In this document: positions 29,826 through 39,765 of the stretch, in pieces
How the letters are laid out: each line of letters opens with the position of its first letter
Position numbering within the stretch: position 1 is the stretch's first letter
Assembly (NCBI GenBank): GCA_963787195.1
Contig: CAWBCI010000060.1
Location: 36,700-100,699 of the forward strand
Reading direction: 5' to 3'
From: an uncultured Bacteroidales bacterium
GTDB taxonomy: Bacteria > Bacteroidota > Bacteroidia > Bacteroidales > JAGOPY01
DNA: 64,000 nucleotides
Position numbers and translations under genes: made by a program
The notes under the pieces: model-generated
What the model was told of the DNA's origin: nothing
The model's input: only the letters and a program-made list of their open reading frames with translations
The model's database searches: none

Positions 29826-30353
29826 TTAATTGCTTTGTTTTATTTCGTTTATGCGGAAATTTTTAAGTATCCTGACAGCAGAGGTGCCATTCAGCTTGCC
29901 AAAGGTTTCATCCCCTATGCTCATCACCGGAGCCAGCGAGCAGCAACCCAGGCAGGCCACCGATTCGAGGGTAAATAGGCCATCTTCGGTGGTTTCACCG
30001 TCATTCACTTTAAGGGCTTCCTTCAGGGAATCAGTAATGGTGTTGGCGTTCTGCACATGGCAGGCCGTACCGTGACAAACTTTGATGATATGTTTTCCGA
30101 CAGGCTTCAGGCGGAACTGGGCATAAAAGGTTGCAACACCATACATTTCACTAAGCTCCAAACCTGTATCCTCTGCCAATTTTTCAAATGCCTCTCTCGG
30201 GATATAGCCAAACAGGTTTTGTATCCCCTGGAGAAGCGGGATGACGGCACCCTTTTTGCCTTTATATTTTTTAATCAGAGGATCAATGAGAGCCAGGTCA
30301 ATTTGATCCTGTTTCTCCCTGATTTCAATCTGTTTTATTCTTTCAATTCGCAT
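29826..30353 (-). CDS. StnA/HydC/NuoE-like [2Fe-2S] subunit
   Basis: VATFYAQF, CHGTAC, CLGCC.LAP. Confidence 0.93.
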   Translation of the reverse strand: MRIERIKQIEIREKQDQIDLALIDPLIKKYKGKKGAVIPLLQGIQNLFGYIPREAFEKLAEDTGLELSEMYGVATFYAQFRLKPVGKHIIKVCHGTACHVQNANTITDSLKEALKVNDGETTEDGLFTLESVACLGCCSLAPVMSIGDETFGKLNGTSAVRILKNFRINEIKQSN

Positions 30354-30595
30354 AATTCCGACGTATTTAACGGCGGTAAAATTATGCAAAGTTTTACGGA
30401 TAGAAGGCCCTGAAAATCAATTTATAGTTAGTCTAAATTATTTATATTTAATTGATTATACGATATTTATAATGATGACTTATGCATCATATCTAAATTG
30501 ACAGATACAGACCTGAATTTTTTGTGAAATGATTAACAGAAAGGAGGGATATAAGAATTCAGAATTATCATGCAACCTTTAACACAGGGACTACC

Positions 30596-30733
30596 AGATC
30601 CCTCCTGCGTCGGGACGATCTTTGGGAGGTTCTTATAAAATGGGCGGGTCGGCCTTTGAAAATTCAAAGGCCGACCCGCCCATTTCTTCTAAAAAACTTC
30701 TTTGCCGTCATCCCGAACGTATGTGAGGGATCT
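30596..30733. repeat. REP-like composite: two inverted GTCATCCCG..GGGATCT-type units around a perfect 23-bp hairpin
   Basis: Hairpin arms 30638-30660 and 30663-30685; units at 30596-30619 and 30707-30733. Confidence 0.8.
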
Positions 30734-30784
30734 GGTTGATATCGGTTTTCAGCACACCAACTGCTGACTGCTGACTGCTGACTG

Positions 30785-32596
30785 TCACTTCCCCCCCTTC
30801 TTCCTGGCCGGCTTCTCAGCCGAAAGCTTTGCGTGCATCGCATTAGCTGCAATACGCCCGGCCCCCATGGCCTGGATAACAGTAGCGGAACCTGTAACTA
30901 TATCCCCACCGGCATACACATTTTCCATAGTGGTTTCCATGGTTTCAGGATTGGCTTCGACATAGCCCCATTTATTCCGTTTTACTTTAGGAGAAGACTG
31001 GAAGATCACCGGGTTGGGCCCGTTTCCTATAGCTACGATCACCATATCACATTCCTCTATAAAATTCGAACCTTCGATAGGTACCGGTCTTCTTCTTCCG
31101 GAGGCATCAGCTTCCCCGAGTTTCATGCGGATACATTCTATTGCCTTCACTCTGTTGGTATCCGTACCTATGTATTTTACGGGATTTGTAAGTAGTTTGA
31201 ATTTGATCCCTTCCTCTTCCGCGTGGTGCACTTCCTCAGCCCTGGCAGGCAGCTCGTGACGGGAACGGCGATAGACAATAGTAACATCCGAACAGCCGGT
31301 CCGTTTTGCAGTCCTTGCACAGTCCATAGCGACATTTCCACCGCCAAGTACCACCACGCTGGAAGCTTTTGGCATAGGGGTGTCATATTCAGGAAATTTA
31401 TAGGCTTTCATCAGGTTCATACGGGTCAGGTACTCATTTGCAGAGAAAACATTTCCAAGGCTTTCCCCCTCGATGCCCATAAATACAGGCAAACCTGCTC
31501 CAACACCGATATAAACCGCATCGAAATTTTCCAGCAATTCTTCCACGGTAAATATATTTCCGATTACGTGGTTCAGTTCAAACCTGACGCCCATCTGTTT
31601 CAGGTAATCGATCTCAAATTGCACAATGGCTTTGGGCAGCCTGAATTCGGGGATGCCATAGGTTAAAACCCCTCCGGTTTCATGCAAAGCCTCGAACACG
31701 GTAACACTGTAACCCAGTTGCCGCATGTCGGAGGCAACGGTCAGTCCGCCCGGACCTGAACCCACTACCGCGATTTTCTTACTTGTATTTGCGCTGATCA
31801 TGGGGACTTTCACCAGGTCCATCTTGCGTTCGTAATCAGCCACGAAACGCTCGAGCCGTCCAATAGCTACAGGGTCATCTTTCACCCCCATTATGCATTT
31901 ACTCTCGCATTGGGCTTCCTGCGGACAAACCCTGCCGCAGATAGCAGGGAAAACATTTCTTTCCTTGATCTTCTTCGCGGCAGCATCAAATTCACCTTCC
32001 GAAACCAGGGCGATGAATGAAGGAATATCTACATTTACCGGACAACCGGTTACACAAAGCGGGTTCTTGCATTGCAGGCAACGCCCGGCTTCCAGAAGGG
32101 CAAGCTCGGAGGTAAAACCATAGGGTACTTCCTGGAAATTATGCACCCTGAGTGTCTGGTCCTGCTCAGGCATGGCCTGGCGCGGAATTTTCAGCTTGAT
32201 ATGGCGCTCGTCCTTTTTGCTCAGGCCGTGCCATTCGCAACCATATTTGGTGCAGATGTAAAAGTGGATCAGCTTCGATAGAGCTGAGATAGTTACCTGG
32301 GCCACATCCGATCCACATTCCCCGCATTTCACTTCCTTGCTTATAAGGCTCACGCCGCAGTGGGGACAAAGCAAATCATCCACCTTATCCCCTTTATCAA
32401 TCGGGACAGAGGTTTCCACCTCGAATACATCAAGGTAAGGACTCAGGTAAAGATCAATAGTCTCCCCTTTATATCTGGCTTTGAATTCAATTTGTTTGTG
32501 ACTCTTCTTATCTACATTGAAAGAGTTCTGGCAGTGAGGGCAGTAGGTGTTAAGATAAGTCTTAAACTTTAGGTATTTTACATCCAGGTCAAGCAT
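30785..32596 (-). CDS. nfnB: NfnB (SudA/GltD-like) large subunit with an extra N-terminal 8-Cys domain
   Basis: RCLQCKNPLCVTGCP, CGRVCPQEAQCE, GSGPGG, YGIPEFRLP, GGGNVAMD; ~130 extra N-terminal residues. Confidence 0.85.
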   Translation of the reverse strand: MLDLDVKYLKFKTYLNTYCPHCQNSFNVDKKSHKQIEFKARYKGETIDLYLSPYLDVFEVETSVPIDKGDKVDDLLCPHCGVSLISKEVKCGECGSDVAQVTISALSKLIHFYICTKYGCEWHGLSKKDERHIKLKIPRQAMPEQDQTLRVHNFQEVPYGFTSELALLEAGRCLQCKNPLCVTGCPVNVDIPSFIALVSEGEFDAAAKKIKERNVFPAICGRVCPQEAQCESKCIMGVKDDPVAIGRLERFVADYERKMDLVKVPMISANTSKKIAVVGSGPGGLTVASDMRQLGYSVTVFEALHETGGVLTYGIPEFRLPKAIVQFEIDYLKQMGVRFELNHVIGNIFTVEELLENFDAVYIGVGAGLPVFMGIEGESLGNVFSANEYLTRMNLMKAYKFPEYDTPMPKASSVVVLGGGNVAMDCARTAKRTGCSDVTIVYRRSRHELPARAEEVHHAEEEGIKFKLLTNPVKYIGTDTNRVKAIECIRMKLGEADASGRRRPVPIEGSNFIEECDMVIVAIGNGPNPVIFQSSPKVKRNKWGYVEANPETMETTMENVYAGGDIVTGSATVIQAMGAGRIAANAMHAKLSAEKPARKKGGK

Positions 32597-32606
32597 AGCA
32601 TCAATT

Positions 32607-33431
32607 TTATCGGATCGAAAACAATAATGAATCTTTTTCTTCTTTCAGATAGAGTGAATTGCGGTTCATGAGCTCGTCGAAATCCACAAGCTGGCCGTCG
32701 AAGTCAGGGCCGTCAACGCAGCAGAACTGAGTAGCTCCGTCAACTTTAACCCTGCATCCTCCGCACATCCCCGTACCATCAATCATGACAGGATTCAGGC
32801 TTACCATCGTCTTCACATTGTATTTTTTAGTAAGCTTCACAATGTTTTTCATCATGATTATGGGGCCAATGGCGTATACCAGTTTGATATCATAACGTTC
32901 ATCCAGGTATTTTTTCAGCGGGTCGGTGACGAAGCCTCTGATACCGTGACTCCCGTCATCAGTTGTGACGACCAGTTCATCGCTGATAAATCCCATTTCC
33001 CTTTCAAGTATGAGGAGTTCCTCATCTTTTGCACCTATGATGCTGATCACGTTATTTCCCGCTTCCTTGAAAGCCTTGGCAACATGGTGCAAAATGGCGA
33101 CGCCGGTTCCACCCCCGATCATAACCACTGTTCCGAGGTTTTCCACTTCAGCCGGGCGTCCCAGGGGGCCTACCACATCCCTGATCAAATCGCCTTCTTT
33201 AAGAGAGCGCATCAGGGCCGTGGTTTTTCCCACAACCTGGAAAATGATGGAAATCGTCCCTGCAAATTCATCTTTATCAGCCACGGTCAGTGGGATTCTT
33301 TCACCTGTCTCATTCACACGGATGATCACAAATTGACCCGCTTTCACTTTGCGGGCGATTTTTGGTGCATTCAGGTCGAAGCGGACGATCGTCCCTTTGG
33401 CCATTTCCTGTCTCCTTACAATCTGGAACAT
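32607..33431 (-). CDS. nfnA: NfnA (SudB-like) small subunit
   Basis: GQFVI, ERIPLT, GPLG, MIDGTGMCGGCRV..CVDGP Asp-ligated [2Fe-2S] motif. Confidence 0.9.
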   Translation of the reverse strand: MFQIVRRQEMAKGTIVRFDLNAPKIARKVKAGQFVIIRVNETGERIPLTVADKDEFAGTISIIFQVVGKTTALMRSLKEGDLIRDVVGPLGRPAEVENLGTVVMIGGGTGVAILHHVAKAFKEAGNNVISIIGAKDEELLILEREMGFISDELVVTTDDGSHGIRGFVTDPLKKYLDERYDIKLVYAIGPIIMMKNIVKLTKKYNVKTMVSLNPVMIDGTGMCGGCRVKVDGATQFCCVDGPDFDGQLVDFDELMNRNSLYLKEEKDSLLFSIR

Positions 33432-33499
33432 CTTTTAGATTTATTAGTTAGCATTCAGATTTGTTCTTCATTCACAAAAATTGATTGCCTGAGGAATTT

Positions 33500-34366
33500 C
33501 TACCACTCCAGGCTGTCTTCCAGCCGGATCTCATTCAGGTCCTCCCCGCTCAGCCCATGCCATTTGCAACCTTTCTTGGTACAGAGATAAAAGTCAATCA
33601 GTTTGGTCCGGGCAGTTACGGCGATCCGGGCAACCGGTGATCCGCAACGACCGCAGGTTTTATCCTTTACGATCAGGCTTTTATCGCAATGCCAGCATTT
33701 AACATCGCTGACCACCTTATCTTCCGGAAGGAAAACAGTGGATTTTGAAGAGAAAACATTCAAATATGGACTGAGCATCAGCACCCCTTCTTCCCCATTA
33801 CGGATCTTCAGCTTCAGCATCTCATCTTCTATCAGTGATTTCCGGCAATAAGGGCAATAGGTCTGCAGGAAAGCGCCTGTTTCAATGATTTCACTTGTTT
33901 CATTTTTCGGGGCGACCTCCACCGGAGTCTCCTGCGCTCTTCTTACCGGCCTGACACCTTTAGCACCAAAGCCGTATTCCTGGTAAAGTTTTTTCAGGGC
34001 CACTGAAAGATCGTCAAACTCAACAAAGTGGCCTTTACAGCCGCTCCGTGAGCAGATGCTGACCTTTCCTCCCATGTCCAGGTAAAAAGGCGCCATGGGC
34101 GCCCCACAGGTCATACATTCAGTATTGGAAGTAATTTCTTCCTCACAATGAGGGCAATAGAAATGTGCGATCTCATCTTTTGGAAGATCAATAGTTGATT
34201 TGAAATTATAACTCCCATAGATGGAACTCAGCCATATGGTTCCTTTTTCACCCTTACACTCGATATTCAGCATAATGCTCGGCTCATTATCGATCTTTTG
34301 CTCGTGTTCCATCAGGGATTTGCCACATTTGGGGCATTTTAGCTTAAGCGACATCAGTTCATACAT
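33500..34366 (-). CDS. Cys-rich hypothetical protein with two 8-Cys/1-His domains
   Basis: C11/14/71/74/84/87/105/110/H113 and C171/174/224/227/238/241/262/267/H270; first gene of the nfn operon. Confidence 0.85.
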   Translation of the reverse strand: MYELMSLKLKCPKCGKSLMEHEQKIDNEPSIMLNIECKGEKGTIWLSSIYGSYNFKSTIDLPKDEIAHFYCPHCEEEITSNTECMTCGAPMAPFYLDMGGKVSICSRSGCKGHFVEFDDLSVALKKLYQEYGFGAKGVRPVRRAQETPVEVAPKNETSEIIETGAFLQTYCPYCRKSLIEDEMLKLKIRNGEEGVLMLSPYLNVFSSKSTVFLPEDKVVSDVKCWHCDKSLIVKDKTCGRCGSPVARIAVTARTKLIDFYLCTKKGCKWHGLSGEDLNEIRLEDSLEW

Positions 34367-34741
34367 AGTGTCAGCACATTATAAGATTAATAACTAGCAC
34401 AATGATAATAATTTTTATGATGGGAAATTTAGACAAACAGGATTATACTGCATTTACCCTGATTTCATTCTTTAATAAGAATTTGATAATCTATATTTTA
34501 GATATGTTAAATCCTTCTTTTAAGGGAATAATTTGGACAGGATTTAAATAGAAAAGAGACCTTTTTCGTCTGACGACGACGCAGACAGGAACCTACATTT
34601 GAAATATCGAACTTTCGAAATATCGAAATGTCGAGATTACGAAGTAAAGGATATATCGAACTTCCCACTTCACTTCGTGATATCGTCATATCGTGATATC
34701 GCTACTTCGAAAGTTTGATAACTTCTCTGCACATCTCTATC

Positions 34742-34884
34742 AGATACTTCACTTCGTTCAGGATGACGGCAATTAAATGTATAATGGAAAAGCGGCGCGG
34801 CACGCCTTTGGAAATCTTCATGGAGTGCCGCGCCGCTTTTATATTGCCCCACAGAGATCGTCATCCCGGCGTAGGCCGGGATCT
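34742..34884. repeat. REP-like composite: inverted GATGAC / GTCATC units around a GC-rich hairpin
   Basis: Units at 34742-34767 and 34860-34884; hairpin aaaagcggcgcggcac..gtgccgcgccgctttt at 34788-34840. Confidence 0.8.
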
Positions 34885-35483
34885 GTAAGCGAAATGCAAA
34901 CAGATTATTCTTTAGCCAGATGAAAGTGCATTTCGTCATATTGTGATATCGATAAATCGAAAGTTTGATTACCATCCTATGAAATGATTAATAATTAATT
35001 ATTTCGAAACAACCTCTATTCTAATATTTGACTTATGAAGCCTGGTATAGAAGTAATCTTGATAGTCCAGTTTAAGATTCCAAACCCATACAGAGAGCCT
35101 ATAATTTTAATTATTTCAAATAACCTTAAGCGATTATCAACTCTCATCATTGTGTGATACTTAGTGAATCCGTGATTTTGTGGCTAAATTATAAGTACGG
35201 CATTTTGAGGTTTCGCCCTTTAGCCACCAAGTCACAAAATCTCAAAGAATTTCACAAAAAAATTAAACCATTTGGATTTCTAAATTTATTAAGCTAATAA
35301 TAGTGGTTTAAGCACAGATATTAAATTGAAATTGCAAATTCAGATTAACTATTTTAAGTTTATTTAGGATTTGATTTTGCTGAAATCTATTTCTTTCTTT
35401 TAAATTTTCAAATCCAATTAAAGACATCAGCAAATAATGTGATGATTGCCAGGATTATCAAAACAATAAGATTAATTCATATC

Positions 35484-35659
35484 AATGAACCGTCCCGCCG
35501 CAAGCAGCGGGGTATCTTAAGGAAATATCTCTTATTCGTCTCACGAGATGGGGAATTTAGTCCCATCAGATCCCGAATAAGACTTCGTCTTTTCGGGATC
35601 AATTCGACTAACAATTTTTTCTTCGCTTCGCTTGAAAAAATTGAGTCTCATTGATTAAA
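35484..35659. mobile_element. ~170-nt structured dispersed element, possible non-autonomous IS200/IS605 derivative
   Basis: Near-identical to 61171-61346; nested hairpins; minus-strand 3' end is a CCCCGC..GCGGG hairpin followed by GTTCA. Confidence 0.6.
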
Positions 35660-35969
35660 AAAAGTATAATAAAGATATTTACAAGAATGAAGATATTCTA
35701 TTCGTGAATGCTGATTGCTTATTTTAAATCGGTATAAACTAAACTTTTTTAATAAAAATAATTACCCATAACTTCCGGCAGGACGGGGAATACAGTGCTT
35801 AAGCAAACGATCAGAATGTTAGCATTTTACTGAATATACCAGAATAATCCTGTCCAAAATCTTAATACTAATCAGAATATCTACATTTAAAACAAAATTT
35901 ATTTTCTTCATTTCTATGTGTGATTAAAAAGATATTTTATCGTAAATTAGGCTGCATATTAATCCAGCC

Positions 35970-38900
35970 ATGAAAAAAATTATACTCCTCACAGCAGCTT
36001 GTTTACTTTTTAGCCTTGTTTATTCACAAAATAACAAGCCGGTAATCGTAAACTACACCATCGAAATGATGCAGCAGACGACCCTTGACATCAATGCCCT
36101 GCAGAATGATTATGATCCCGACGGAGATGCTATACATATTAAAGAGTGGAGTGTACTGGTCGGGAATGCCGATACGGTAAATGGTCTTTTCCGTTATACA
36201 GCACCTTCCAATTGTGAACAGGATAAAATCTCTTACCGGATTGAGGACAATGGAACGCCTCCCATGACTTCATTACAAGGAAAAGTTATCATTAATCTAA
36301 GCCTGAACCCGGATGCGCCGGTCGCAAATCCGGATATCTATGAATTGCTTGTGCCAAAGCCCGCTGATTTGGATATTTTGAGTAATGACACGGACCCAAA
36401 TGGTGATGCGATAAAAATCTTAAAAATAACGGGGGTTTACAATTGCAATGTGATCATCCATGAAGATTCCATGTCGGTGACTGTGATGCCAATTGCGAAT
36501 TCTGATATGCAGGCTGGATTTAATTATATTGCCAGTGAAAGGAATACGACAGGAAAGCTGGAATCAAACGAAGCTCATGTATATATCAGCCTGAAGCCGA
36601 ATCCCGATGCGCCGGTGGCACTTTCCGATACAGCCAGTACTTTCGGCGGATCACCGGTTTCTATCCCGGTCCTCCAGAACGATTATGATCCACTTGGAGA
36701 CCCCATCGAAATACAGAATTTCACTAATCCTCACAACGGGCAGGTATATAAGAATGGAGCCAGTTTCATTTATGTCCCGGAAGTCTCTTTCCAGGGCCCG
36801 GATGATTTCAGCTATACCGTAAGAAAAATTCAGGATACCCTGATATATTCATCGGAGGCCCGGGTGTCTATTCAAGTCAGCAAAAACCCGGACTGCCCCG
36901 TCGGGGTGCCAGATCAGGCTGCAGGTATGACATTAATGCCCATCACCTTTGATGTTCTTTCCAATGATTATGACCCAACGGGCAAAAGCCTCGAGATATG
37001 GGATGTAAAGCCGGAAGAAAGCTCTCAGATTTCGGGTAATGAGATTACTTATACTCCCGGACCTCTGAAAATAAACCATGACACAATATATTACCGTTGC
37101 CGGGAAATTGACCGGCCGGAGTTCTATTCTGAGTGGACGCCCGTTTATTTAGACCTGAGCGTTAATCCGGAATTACCCATTGCCGTCAATGATACCGCTG
37201 ATGTAGAAGCTTGTTATAGCGTTCTGATTTCTCCCCTGGACAATGATATCAGGAATGGCGCCGATACGCTGGGTCTGCATATTATTGTTTCATCACAGTT
37301 AGATAAAGGTTATGCCACCGGTATAGGCGACAACATGATTTCATACCGTGCTTTTTCGAATGTGGATGGTCAGGATATAGTGGATTATTTAATTTATGAT
37401 ATTCATAATCAGAACATGATGGCCCGGGGACATATTATCATAAATATCACCGGGGCGCATTATTTTGATTCCCTGATGATCAATAATATTAATGCCGGGG
37501 TAAATGCAGACGGGATGTTGTTTTGTGATAACAATGAAATTCCTGATCTGGGTTCGGGAGGAAATATGAAAGCTCACTTCGAATATCCAAAAGGTTCGGG
37601 TACGAGTACTATCTTCAATAGCCTACTTTGGATCGGAGGCTTATCTGACCAGGACACTTTGTTTTTCGCAGGTGAGAAATACAGGATGAACGGAACTGAT
37701 TTCCAGCCCGGGCCTGTTTCATCGCTTTATGACTCAGCTTATGCAAGAAAGTACTGGAAATTATGGAAGCTCAACAAATCAGATGTGGATTTCCACCAGG
37801 CAAACTGGTGGAAAGAGGGCTATCAAGCCATAGAAGACATTTCTTCCTGGCCGGGAAACGGGGACCCTCAAAATGGGCAGGCTGAACAACTGGCCCCTTA
37901 TTATGATTCCAACCAGGATGGGAAATACACTCCTTTGCTGGGAGATTATCCTTTGATCAGGGGAGATCAGTGCATCTTTTTTATGTGTAATGATGATAGA
38001 ATCCATACCGAATCGATGGGGAAGCCGCTGAAGGTGGAAATTCACGGGATGGTTTACGCTTACAATGCACCGGATGACAGCGTACTTTCAAATACAGTCT
38101 TTGTACATTATGACCTGATAAATCATTCACAAAATACCTATTATAATACCTACGCCGGTATCTTTACCGAACTCGATCTGGGTAATCCATGGGATGATTA
38201 TGTCGGGTCAGAAGTCACAAGAAGTTCCTTTTATTGTTATAATGGGGATGCTTTTGATGATGATTTCACTTTTAGTAATTCTGATACCAGAAACAAGGGA
38301 TACGGAGCCTTTCCCCCCGCCCAGTCAGTGACGGTTCTTGCCGGCCCCTTTATGGATAAGGATGGCAGTGATAATCCGGGCGGAGGATGTGATTTCAGTG
38401 TGAACGGCCTGAACTTTGGAAACGGCATTCCGGATGACGAAAGGATAGGCCTCACACACTTTACATATTCACCCCCAAGCACTGGCCCTATACCTCCCTA
38501 TTTTCAATATTATCCGGAAGATTTTTATAACTCGATGCAAGGAATCTGGCATGACGAAACGCCATTTAGTTATGGATGGAGAGCATTCAGTTATGATCCG
38601 CGATCGGTGGGGCCTGCCTGTAATTTTATATTCCCCGGCGATTCCGATCCTCTGAACTGGGGGACCAATTGCGTTTTCCCGAACGATGGCTACAACCAGG
38701 ACGGGAAATTCTGGACCGACAGTGCCACTGCAGTTCCCGGCGACAGGAGAGGGCTGGGGTCATTGGGGCCATTTACCTTTGAACCCGGGCAGGTGCAGGA
38801 AATTGAACTTGCATTTTGTGCCGCCAACGGCTGGAATGGACCACAATCATCCATAGACCAACTGATGAAGAATATAGATTCGCTCCGTGCAAAAGTGAGA

Positions 38901-39200
38901 AATGGAAAGATCATCATTCCCAATGATTATCTTGGATACAGGGAGAATAAACTTTCAGGAAAAATTCTGAAAATCTTCCCTAATCCTGCAAATGATCATC
39001 TGATATTAATCCTTCCGGAAAATATTGATCCCGGAACCGGATATCTGATTCAAAATATACTTGGGGAAACTGTAAAATCAGGAAGCATAAACTCCGCTCC
39101 GGAGTTCAGAATAGATATTAATCAACTCAAGGCCGGATTTTATATCCTCAATCTGAATTCGAATGAAGGAAGGCTCTCAGCGAAATTTATCAAGCAATAA
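35970..39200 (+). CDS. Large T9SS cargo protein with five Ig-like repeats and type A CTD
   Basis: Signal peptide; five ND.D..G-type repeats; IFPNPA..G.Y.L..KFIKQ CTD. Confidence 0.88.
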   Translation: MKKIILLTAACLLFSLVYSQNNKPVIVNYTIEMMQQTTLDINALQNDYDPDGDAIHIKEWSVLVGNADTVNGLFRYTAPSNCEQDKISYRIEDNGTPPMTSLQGKVIINLSLNPDAPVANPDIYELLVPKPADLDILSNDTDPNGDAIKILKITGVYNCNVIIHEDSMSVTVMPIANSDMQAGFNYIASERNTTGKLESNEAHVYISLKPNPDAPVALSDTASTFGGSPVSIPVLQNDYDPLGDPIEIQNFTNPHNGQVYKNGASFIYVPEVSFQGPDDFSYTVRKIQDTLIYSSEARVSIQVSKNPDCPVGVPDQAAGMTLMPITFDVLSNDYDPTGKSLEIWDVKPEESSQISGNEITYTPGPLKINHDTIYYRCREIDRPEFYSEWTPVYLDLSVNPELPIAVNDTADVEACYSVLISPLDNDIRNGADTLGLHIIVSSQLDKGYATGIGDNMISYRAFSNVDGQDIVDYLIYDIHNQNMMARGHIIINITGAHYFDSLMINNINAGVNADGMLFCDNNEIPDLGSGGNMKAHFEYPKGSGTSTIFNSLLWIGGLSDQDTLFFAGEKYRMNGTDFQPGPVSSLYDSAYARKYWKLWKLNKSDVDFHQANWWKEGYQAIEDISSWPGNGDPQNGQAEQLAPYYDSNQDGKYTPLLGDYPLIRGDQCIFFMCNDDRIHTESMGKPLKVEIHGMVYAYNAPDDSVLSNTVFVHYDLINHSQNTYYNTYAGIFTELDLGNPWDDYVGSEVTRSSFYCYNGDAFDDDFTFSNSDTRNKGYGAFPPAQSVTVLAGPFMDKDGSDNPGGGCDFSVNGLNFGNGIPDDERIGLTHFTYSPPSTGPIPPYFQYYPEDFYNSMQGIWHDETPFSYGWRAFSYDPRSVGPACNFIFPGDSDPLNWGTNCVFPNDGYNQDGKFWTDSATAVPGDRRGLGSLGPFTFEPGQVQEIELAFCAANGWNGPQSSIDQLMKNIDSLRAKVRNGKIIIPNDYLGYRENKLSGKILKIFPNPANDHLILILPENIDPGTGYLIQNILGETVKSGSINSAPEFRIDINQLKAGFYILNLNSNEGRLSAKFIKQ

Positions 39201-39765
39201 TATACTATGGACTAAGTCTGCTACAAATATGTCGCTCCTAAGGTTCTCGTTCATTTCTCATTTCGCAATGGCATCTCTCATATAGCAATTTAATATATTC
39301 TATTTTCAATATTATATTTAATATTCCCCCCTCTGTGGCCCTCCATTTTCCCTTGTGAATTTTCCCGATGGCTCTCTTTTCAACACATAGGCACAGTAGA
39401 GCACATAGGTATCACATAGGATATAATTTTCATTCCTTTTAATATTTGAAATTTTCTATATAATATTTAATATTTCCCCCTCCGTGAATCTCCGATTTCC
39501 TCGGTGAAACTCAGTGAAATAAAAAAAACAGGTGGAAAAGTGAAAAGGTGGAAAGGTGGAAAAGAATTCAGGATTTGGGAATTATGGTTTATGGTCTATG
39601 GTTACTGATCAATGATCCATCGTCAATCAGCGATATTCAATGTTCAATGCGTCGATGAATGAAAATTCATGGTGCCTTGTGCGCTACCACCATTTATGCC
39701 CCACGGGCATGGGCTTTTGATTGAAGTCTACTGCCTACTGTTGACCGCGGACTGCTGACCGCTGA

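Noticed and set aside
28011-30353. Respiratory complex I nuoEF
   Set aside because: No membrane nuo genes nearby; extra Fe-S domains indicate a HydB/StnB-type soluble complex
30785-32596. Glutamate synthase
   Set aside because: No gltB large subunit; paired with an NfnA-like gene
34670-34975. 101-aa ORF
   Set aside because: Translation of REP-like repeats (IPAYAGMT, RHPERSE); not a credible protein
35439-35654. 71-aa ORF
   Set aside because: Lies over the structured repeat, and the start is not shared by the 61 kb copy
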